From positions 682,001-746,000 of the forward strand of contig JBBPEB010000017.1 in NCBI GenBank assembly GCA_039096225.1: a DNA stretch of 64,000 nucleotides, in the 5' to 3' direction. Positions within the stretch are counted from its first letter, which is position 1. Each line of letters starts with the position of its first letter. Source of the DNA: Blastocystis sp. Blastoise (Eukaryota > Protista > Bigyra: Opalinata). This document shows, piece after piece, positions 46,552 to 64,000 of this stretch. The notes beneath the pieces were generated by a model. The model ran no database searches, was not told where the DNA came from, and saw only the letters and a program-made list of their open reading frames with translations. Both the position numbers and the translations under genes were made by a program.

Positions 46552-47094
46552 CTAATCCCAAAAAAAAGAATCACGCTCATAAGTTGATGCATAAAATTTG
46601 TAAATAGGACAAATACCAAGAACCGATTTAATACTAGTATCTAGAGCAGAATCTATTTGTTCCAATTGAGAGCGTGTGAAAGGAACATAATTAGGTTCTT
46701 GCGCGTGAGTATTCTTTCTGCTTAGTTTATTAATCTTTATCTTTCTTGTACTCTTCTTTATATCTGGAGTAGCTAAGCACTCAAATCTGTAATAACTAAA
46801 AACAATATTATCATTATTTGCTTCTTCGTAATCAAATTTATAAATAATGGCTCTGTTTACTCTGCCTCGAAGAGAAGGATCTCGATAAAAAGCAACAGAA
46901 TCATGGCGATTTAAAAAAGCTCTAAGGACTTGTGTGTTCTCGGAGGAAAAATGTGCTTCAATAATACATTCAACACTGCATACCAAACGTTCAAGATCAT
47001 GTTCCATATGGCCCCAAAAGTCACGTGTATAAGTAACAGGCTCAATGGCAAATGTGTTTGTATCTTCTAGGGAACCTCTATCATGAGTACCCAT
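46552..47094 (-). CDS. Intronless hypothetical protein, 180 aa (paralog of 48480-48995)
   Basis: Complex ORF that aligns end to end with the neighbouring ORF (MG.HD.G..ED..TFAI.PVT; KIN.LSRKN; PFT..QL.QI.SALD.SI). Confidence 0.85.
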   Translation of the reverse strand: MGTHDRGSLEDTNTFAIEPVTYTRDFWGHMEHDLERLVCSVECIIEAHFSSENTQVLRAFLNRHDSVAFYRDPSLRGRVNRAIIYKFDYEEANNDNIVFSYYRFECLATPDIKKSTRKIKINKLSRKNTHAQEPNYVPFTRSQLEQIDSALDTSIKSVLGICPIYKFYASTYERDSFFWD

Positions 47095-48479
47095 GCTTAG
47101 AAATTATGTTTCTAAATAATTCTAAAATAAATAAAATATGTTGAATTTTGTCTTTTCATAGTTACAAAAGACATTAATAAAAATACTAGAATTGATGACC
47201 CAGTTTTTTTCATTGGCTTCAACTTATCAGGAGTTACATATAAAAAACGAATTGGATATTTGATTAACCTGATTATTCTTATTTTTTATAGTCAATTCTT
47301 ATTTTTCCATTGAATAAAGAATAAAACGAATATTCAAAGTAGTTTTTGATATGAAACTGATATATTTTTTAGACCTAGTTTACTGTGATTTGAATGAACT
47401 GAAATTGATGCATAAGTATGGATAACTTATAGTTGTGACTTTGACCAAAGTTGTGTATCATTTAAAATTCTCATTATCCTGGCTGATTTCGATCATTTGC
47501 ATTTAATTATCGCATAAGTGATATATATTGAATATATGTGATTGTTAAAAACGAAACAATAAATAGTTTGAAAAGTATATTTTAATTTCAATTGTTTTTT
47601 ATTTAAATATAGAGTTATTGATTGATGTTTCTCAAACATGAGCTTAAGTAAATGCAGTCTAAATGAATTAGGACAATGTAATATATGTAATGTGTTAAGT
47701 CATTTAATCTTTTTATTTTAGATATATCTCTTTGTTGTGTTGATACGATATACAGGATATTCTTCATTAGCACAACTTTAATATTGATGGATTTATTCAA
47801 ATTCAAATGTTAAGTAGTACATTTTTGTATATATTATAAAAAATAGCATTATTTTCGTTTCATTGTTATTTAGAACATGTTTTTAAAATATAGAAAGAAA
47901 TTTGGTCACGAATAAGATGATGAAAAAGATGTATTTTCAATAATATCATTTCGATAATATTTATTTCGATATTATTCGTCTTGAAGTTTTATTTGATGAA
48001 GGAAGTAGTGTTTAATAACAGTATTTTTTAAATAAAAGAATAACAAGATAAAACAAAATGAAAGAAGAATGATTCTATGATTCACATAAAGATATTGATG
48101 CAGTATATAATAACAAGATATAAATAGATGAAAGATATTCTATTGATAGGATTCTATACATTATTATAATGCAATAATACATAGAAAATAGAATAACTAT
48201 ACTATATATATTTATAATAAATATATATAGTGTATTTTAATGATAATAGGCTTTATTTAATATAAATTTCTGTTTCTTATCATAAAAACGGTATATCATA
48301 TTTTATTCAGCTATTATAATATTTATAGACATTAATATACATAGTAACAACCATATTGATAATAAGAATATTATTAAAAAAGTTGAATATAAATAAAATT
48401 GGTAATAAATAAGGGAAAATTATATATACAAAAAGAAAAAAATAATGAAAACAACATAAATATTTAGAAAGAAAAATCA

Positions 48480-48995
48480 TTAATAGATTTTGTAAAAAGG
48501 TACATCACCAGTAATCATTCGAATACTATTATCTAAAGCAGATTCTATTTGTTTGAGTTGAATCGCTGTAAAAGGAGCATCACCACGTTCTTCAATGAAA
48601 TAATTATTCTTTCGACTAAGTCCATTGATTTTCCTTTCTCTTACATTCATCCGCTTTGTATCTGGCTTTGCTGTACACGATAATTTGTAAGTAGTTAAAG
48701 CAGCAGATGGCTGATTTTCTGAATTTCTGATATCTACTTTAAAAACGACGGCACTGTTATCTCTACCTTGGATATTAATTTCACGACTAATGAAAATAGT
48801 AGTATCACGACCCTCAGCCATTCTACATGCTTCTTTTATTTCAGTACCTATATGAAGATCTAATTGATCTTCAATGAATTCTATCAAAGAATCAGTATCA
48901 GCAATATCACTTTCAGCTTTATTTATTGAACAAGTAACAGGATTAATGGCAAATGTCTTTTTGTCTTCAGCCCAACCTTCATCATGAAGACCCAT
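48480..48995 (-). CDS. Intronless hypothetical protein, 171 aa (paralog of 46552-47094)
   Basis: Shares protein motifs and upstream promoter elements with 46552-47094. Confidence 0.85.
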   Translation of the reverse strand: MGLHDEGWAEDKKTFAINPVTCSINKAESDIADTDSLIEFIEDQLDLHIGTEIKEACRMAEGRDTTIFISREINIQGRDNSAVVFKVDIRNSENQPSAALTTYKLSCTAKPDTKRMNVRERKINGLSRKNNYFIEERGDAPFTAIQLKQIESALDNSIRMITGDVPFYKIY

Positions 48996-51898
48996 ATTTA
49001 AATGCTACACTTAAAATAATTTATAAATATAAATATATATATAATTATGTCTTTTTATTGTTATAAAATCATAACTAAAGTACTAGCTTTCAATTCAATC
49101 AATCTTCATTTTAATTGGCTTATATTTCTCATTTACTGTTAAAAAGAATTCTTTTTAATTTTTTTGAATCCTATTATTTTTCTAGATTATTCTTTTGTTT
49201 TTTTTGTAAATAGGAGAAACCAAGTATTTTTTCACGAAAACTCTCTTGGAGTACAATTTTCCCAAAAGACCGAGTTTTAGAGTTATTTTTTAGACTCTCA
49301 AGATATGTGAAAAAACTCTTTTGGAGTATAAACCTTACTTAAAGTGTTTTTTTGGCGAGTACCTAGAGAAACTGAGTATTCCATGTAGTCGTTTTTTCTA
49401 AGCATTTTTTTTTATTATTTTTAATAGCTAGTAAAAAGCTAGTTAAATAATAGTTTTGTCACATATGCTTTTGGGAAATACCAAATGACATTATATACAT
49501 TAGAATAATGGTTATTAAGGTAAAGTATGTATACTCATTAGGAAAAGTTCTTGTTTTCATATCTATATTTTTAGAAAATACAGCTTGTATTTGCATAAAA
49601 TAAATATTGTATTTTACCGATGATACGCAACTTGATTTCAATAGAATATTACAAATATTTCTTTCTTTCAATGACAAAATCATGGGGTTTATGTTGGTAG
49701 GCATGATTGAAGTAGCTTACATAATAAGTTAGTCATACATATTTGTAGTTATGAGAGCCCTATGATAATATTAATAATAATGAGAGGATTCCATGGTCTA
49801 TTCTTTTGTATAATGCAATAATTAAGTTTGTTTCCAGTGAGTACAATCAATCTGATTATATTAAGTCACAAATTTCAAGTAATTCATGTAATTCATGTAA
49901 TAACAAAGGATAATTTTGCAATTATAATTATTTTTTTAGTTTTATGTATACATTTTAATTATCTTATACTGTTTTCTGAGTGTCAATATGTCCAGTGATA
50001 TTTTATTGTGTATATTCTATTAGAATGGGATCTTATTCTGCTTTGTAGTTGATGTCATTATGATAATCAAACAGAAATTCTTTTATGTTGTTTTTATTAT
50101 AAGACCATTGAAATCCATGTGACACATATACTACATGTGCTTTTCTTAATATAAAATGCATCATTAAGAAATTCAATTATTTGATATATCTATATTTTTT
50201 TTTCTTCTCAAAAAGAATCTATATATATCATATTTGGTCATAATGAATACTTAAAGTCATTGAAAGGATATGAAATAATAATGATAGTTTATTAGTTTTG
50301 ATCATTCTACTGATTTCAACTGTTATAGATGCGATATAGTTTTATAAACTCAGTATATAACAACTGTGAAGAGTAATCATTGTATTTCAGAGTTTTATTC
50401 TTTTATGAAAACAAGTGTGTATAGAAGTTATAGCTCTATTAGTAGTAGTTTAATTATAATTTATTATTGAATTTGCACTTTCTAAATATAAAAAGGCCAT
50501 ATATTATTTAAAAAAAAGTCGATTTATTGATTACTTAATAATTCAAATATTGAATTCTAGTTTGGAAAATATGTGAATTTTATTCAGATATCTACACGCA
50601 ATCAAGTTATTCTTAACACTGTAGATTAACGTTCAAATCAACGAATTCTAAGAAAAAAGTAGAAAATGGCACTTAAATTATTCATAAATTGTATTATCAT
50701 GAAATATATATTCTTATACTTTCATAAAAATGAAATAGAATAAAATGAGATATCTAGAACAAGATAAATATCAATTAGCTTATAATTCTTTCAGTATATA
50801 AGTCTAATTTACATATTAGTTTTTTTTTCGTGTACTACTAACTCATAAAAATAATTTTAATTTGATTAGAACATTTTAATTTCATATACAAAGAAATATA
50901 ATGAAAAGAAATCTGTCGCAATGTTTACAATAGTTATTCAAACGAAGAAACATTTTCTATGTTTAGTTATCTATATAACTATTCTTTATTATCTTCATAA
51001 ATTATAGTATATTCAATATATATATATTAAGAAAAACGAGAGTACTATATATATTATACTATAAAAAAAGTACTACAAAAAATATATGGCACTTGCGCTG
51101 CTAAAGAAAAAGTGTTTTTGAATGCATTGAATCCTATTTTACATACTTATATATATTGTTATCATCTGTATTCACAAATTTATAGGTTTTTAATTAATCA
51201 AAAGAACTTCAAAAAATATTTATATATATATATAAATGAACTTTATATAATAATATTGTTTAATAAACAAATATTTGATAATAATAACTAGATAGTTTAA
51301 TAAATAATAGAGACCATTTTTTTTCAGCATTAAATCTTTGAGAAACAACTTTTTATAAATATTCTTAGCTTGATTTCTAGTTTATAAAAAGGATCTATTT
51401 CCTGACAATATCTTAATGGAATAGTTACACAAGAATAGAGTTTCCCAACGTTATCTTATGATCAATTCATTTTCTTTTATTTCTTTCAAAATTTATGAAT
51501 AAAAGTATATGATTCGTATTATCTATATAATATGGTAAACATATATAAATATGAATTCAAAGAAATGTTGTATTCTTAAAAAACATGTTAGATAATTTCT
51601 TTATTCTGTAACCTTTTTATACAGTCAAATATATATATTATATTTGTTTTAGATATTCTTTTTGTATACATAAATAATTAAAAACTCAAAAAAAAAAATG
51701 AAACGATAAATTTAAAAAATCTGAAACAATTAAAAAACTGGAAATAATCCCCCAATTATGTTCTTTAAAAGAAAAACTCAAATAAAATATCAGAGTTTTT
51801 ATATATTCGTTTTTTTTTATTATTTAGATTAATACAACTTTTTTGTCATAATTTATTTATTTCAAAGAACTAATATTTCGATTAAAACAATTAATAGA

Positions 51899-52096
51899 AT
51901 GCCAAAAGTCTTAGAAGATACACTAGAAGTTGCTGGAACTGTTGTTGCTGTTGTTGCTACAGGTACTGTTATTGCTACTGCTGAGGCTGTTGACGTAGCT
52001 GGTAAAATTGTTGGTGGAACTGCTAAAGTTGTTGGAAATACACTCTGCGCTGCTGGTGACTTAATTGGTGATATAACAAAAAGTGTATTTAAATAA
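51899..52096 (+). CDS. 65-aa Ala/Val/Gly/Thr-rich amphipathic microprotein
   Basis: GC-elevated island with preferred codons (GCT/GTT/GGT/ACT) in very AT-rich flanks; clean ATG to TAA. Confidence 0.7.
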   Translation: MPKVLEDTLEVAGTVVAVVATGTVIATAEAVDVAGKIVGGTAKVVGNTLCAAGDLIGDITKSVFK

Positions 52097-53205
52097 CTAT
52101 TTCTTTTAAAATGTTTGCTTTACTGTAGTTTTTATTGTTATTTATAAGATGTCAAAATCTTATATATATGTTTTGCTTGCTCTTTATAACTGCATATACT
52201 AAATGAAAATTATTCTTGTTTTGTTAAAAAGAAAATATTTACAAGAATTTTTGTTTTTTCCTTTATTATCCAAAGCACTAAATGAATTATATTGATCATT
52301 TATATATAGAAATAAATTAAGTCCATCGAGTCTCTTTTGTCCTAAAATTTTCTTTTAAAAGTGTTTTTCTTGTATAATAATACAATATATATATATATAT
52401 ATATATTAATTATTTATATATATTTGTATTCTATATACTTATGTTCATACTTCAAATAGGAAAATTTTAAAGTATATATGACAATTAGTTGCAATTCACT
52501 TTATAAGTGATTTATTTTATTTGAACGTAATGAATATCACATTACAAATAGATCATGCATTCTATTCAATATTAATAAGACATGTATTCAATTATATATA
52601 TTCATCAAATCCATAATCTTTTGCAAAGTTCACCTAGAACCTATCATTATGAGTTACAAACTGTCTATTGTATACGAAAAAACTACTATGATGACATGTA
52701 GAAAAACTGATGTGAATAGAAATATATCGATAGTTTATAAAATAAGTATATTTAATATAAATAAGACTATCTACAAAAACATACACACATCTTGATGTTC
52801 GTATATATAAAATAATGCAAAATAAAAAATATGTTTGATTGAACTTTATTATACAGTTATGATTAATATATACCTATATAGCTTACGATTCCTAGAGTTG
52901 AATCAAAGAGTCAAATTTCAGTTTTCATTTTATTAATTGTAATTATAGTATATACTCGTTCAGCATTATTTCATTTTTTTAGAATTAGCACAGTCAGGGT
53001 ATGTCCATTGATTAACTCATGAAATTTTGGCTTTACAATTGCTTGTACTGAAGATTGATAGCAGTGTAAAAAATTGATTTTTTTCCCCCATGAGAAAAAT
53101 GGAAAAAATAGCAGATGCATAAAGGATTTCCATAAAAAAAAATGATCATCCATTTGTCTGTCTCTATTTGTATTTATGCTGATTTTATTTTCTTTATTCT
53201 AGAAA

Positions 53206-54853
53206 ATGGTGAAAGAGAAGTTAGAATTTGATGTTAGAAAGATGGGTGATGTTCAGAAGGATGTAATTCATTATGAACGCTTGATTAGTGATTTGATTGG
53301 TATTTTAAGTAAGTCAATAAGTTTCTGTATTCATTCTGGTGAGTCTATAAATGAGTTAGTAAAACAATCCGTAAGAAATTGTGAAACAGTTAATGATAAA
53401 AATGGTGAGGATCCAAATATAATTATCCAAGAACCTTCTTTTTTTCATAAGTATGATATTAATATGAATAATAACGATAATGGAATTGATTATATTCAAT
53501 TTACAAGTAATGGTCCACTTTATTCTCTTCCTAAAAGAATAACAAATAGTTTATTTGGGACTTATTTATATGAGCAATCTCAAGAAAGTCAAAGAACGGT
53601 TGAAGGAAATATATATTTAGATTATCCTAATGATGAAACATTTGTTCCTTTAGTTATAGATTCATTAATGAATAAGAAAATTGATATAAATCAATTTGAA
53701 TATAAAGAACAATATGAATTATTAAAAATATTTGAGTTTTGTGAGGTTCCTCTGCCTGAAGAAATGATATATACATATAAACGAAGTATAACAAAATTAG
53801 TGAAATATGAAGATACTATTAAAGTTGATTTATATATAAATGGTGAATTAGATACAGTAGTCACTGAATATTTAAAGAATAAAAACGAATGGGATACTTT
53901 TGTTAAGAGATATAAAAATGGATTTATTGATTATAATCATATGAATGAACATTTATCTATAACTAAAAATTATCAATATATTGATTATATATATTCATAT
54001 ATAAAAACGAATACAATAGATATAGAAACAAATAAAATTCATAATATTCAAAAAGATATATTAATAGCAGAAATGAATGATGTATTTTGCATGAATTGTG
54101 AATATTATGTCAATCAAGCATTGCTTCCATTTAAAGTGTTTATAGGTACACAAATTATTACTAATAAAGTTATGGAATCACCTTTATTACAATGGTATGG
54201 TCAACAAACAAGATGGAAATTATTATTTAGGTATATAAATAGAGTATATATAATTGTGAATATTTTTGTATTTTTTATTTTATTTTATTTTTTATTTTTT
54301 GTTAGTATTATAAGTTGTATTATAATTTATTATATTACATTATATACAGAGCAAGTGAACATGATTATTTAGCAAGTGAATTTCATAAATATTGTGATAA
54401 TAAAGGAGAAACTATAACAATAGTGAAATGTATAGATCAAAATAATCGTATCAATATATTTGGAGGATATACAAATCAAAGTTGGGACTGTGAAAAGAAG
54501 AATAACTGTATATATATATTTAAATATGCATTATTTTAATGATTATTTATTTAGGTTATGCTCCATATTATCATTATAGACTATTTACATTAGTTAATGT
54601 ATATAATATTCCAAAAGAGACAGAGTATTATACAGGCAATAATACACATATAGTATCTGATCCTTTATTAGGTCCCACGTTTAGTGGTGATATAAGAATA
54701 TCTGATCGTTGTCACAGTAATAATGATTCTTATATATGTTTACAAGCATTTAACCGTGATTATTATTATTCATATAGTTATTATGGTAATAATCAAAGAG
54801 ATCCTGGAATCCATGTTATTGTTGATGATTATGAAGTGTGGGGGAGATGTTAA
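53206..54853 (+). CDS. TLDc-domain protein with N-terminal BTB-like region, 3 exons
   Basis: WKLLFR|ASEHDYLASEFHKYCDNKGETITIVK...IFGGYTNQSW...LFTLVN...GPTFSGDIRISD...VDDYEVW matches TLDc. Introns at about 54231-54349 and 54508-54554. Confidence 0.88.
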
Positions 54854-55237
54854 CATTATATTATTCAATTATTGTTTAATTATTTATTTATATAAATATC
54901 TTTATTTCTTATAACATGAATTATTATATATTTGTTGTAAACAATCTAAACTTTTTCTTAATTACTTATTAGTTTGTTTATTAATAAGAATAACTTCTTT
55001 CATTGTTAATCAAGGTTAATTTCTTTATATTAAGTATTTCTTGTTAATTAGAATAAACGATAATAAGTATATAAAAATATATATTACTATAAAACAAAAG
55101 AATTAAAAAAATTAGTTAATTAATATACATATATATAACCCAATAGAATAACTTTGCAAATAAAAGTAAACATATATATATATAGAAATGCATGATTATT
55201 CTTTTAAAAAGTTTATAAATATATATATATATATAAT

Positions 55238-61909
<6,672 letters not shown>

Positions 61910-62844
61910 TCTTGCTATATTCTAATAACAAAATTTTTTTTTAATAAAATGAACTTTCAGCTTTCTGAATTTCGTTGAATAATTTTCATCATTTTTATAT
62001 TAATTTCATTTTAATATATAATCATATATCTATTATCTAATACAAGAAATCAAGGGTATATAAATATATGATATTTTAATTTGATCAATTTTTTGGGTCA
62101 ATCATTTACTCTTTCATTGTTGATGTATGTCTTGATATATTGTTAAATTCATATATTGTTGTGTAGAAGACAGCTTGTTTATAGAAATTATACTGATTAT
62201 TACTGATAGCTAAACTTTTTATAAGTTTTAGGTGGTTTAATGTATTAAAGTTAGAATATGTATATTAATCTGTGTTTGAAGAGTAGGGTAGACTCGATTT
62301 TCATTATATATATTTGGATTTTACATCAAAATAAAATTAATTGTAAAATAGTTGGTGATATTCTTATGGTATCTGTGAGATATATAGTTCCTTAGTTCAT
62401 TGAAGTCATTCATATCGAAATTTGTGTATATTTTTCTATTTATCTGCTTCAAAAAGAAATTCGCCTGTTTAATGTAAAAGAAATGTTATTTTTATCGTAT
62501 ATGATTTTGATAGTTTTATTAAATACGTAATGAATAGCATATTGTTTCGTAAATAAATTATTTTTAATGTCTCTTTTCAACATTAAATGAGATTCTTCGT
62601 TTCGAAACATAATTTTTTTATATATAGTAAAAAGGATAAATAAGTATAAGCGTCTGATGCTTAAAGTATTTGATCACTCTTATGTTAATCACTGTTAAAA
62701 GGATCCAAATATATTTTTTTTAAGAAAAGGATTCGTATGTGTTTTTGTGTTTGATCGTTTTAATTTTTAGCTTTAATTGAATCGTTAAAAACTGTATGTT
62801 CATAGGTTTACTATACTCTCTAAAGTTAATAAAGTGCATAAATC

Positions 62845-64000
<1,156 letters not shown>

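Noticed and set aside
49000-53200. Short ORFs (49459-49704, 52971-53153) and possible transposon remnants in the gene-poor zone
   Set aside because: No coding bias, transposase/RT motifs, terminal repeats or target-site duplications could be identified.

Overview
AT-rich (roughly 75-80%), intron-rich eukaryotic nuclear DNA. It is most consistent with a stramenopile of the Blastocystis/Opalinata group; this is inferred from the HSP70 N-terminus, the He_PIG/HormR surface protein, the BTB-TLDc gene and ~35-nt introns. Most short ORFs in the track are artefacts of intronic microsatellites. Manual splicing gives about 16 protein genes: a Munc13-homology (MUN) protein with an inserted WWE domain (5'-truncated), POP4/Rpp29, RPL24, SF1/BBP, LSm6, cytosolic HSP70 with heat-shock elements, an eIF4B-like RRM protein, GatA, a giant He_PIG/HormR-repeat type-I membrane protein, an atypical site-1 protease, two orphan paralogs, a 65-aa amphipathic microprotein, a BTB-TLDc protein, UGGT and a LAG1-type ceramide synthase (3'-truncated). 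Non-coding highlights: (1) a spliced snoRNA-host locus at 5.2-5.8 kb with two box C/D snoRNAs whose rRNA targets can be read directly; (2) a 36.8-46.5 kb protein-poor domain containing a 3x97-bp hairpin array with fixed-length variable cores, a five-exon GU-rich transcript with no convincing ORF, a non-canonical tRNA-like cloverleaf and a 4.7-kb purine/pyrimidine-asymmetric block; (3) an intron grammar in which the GTATATAT...ATATATAG termini are self-complementary. Exon boundaries were read by eye and may be off by a few bases.
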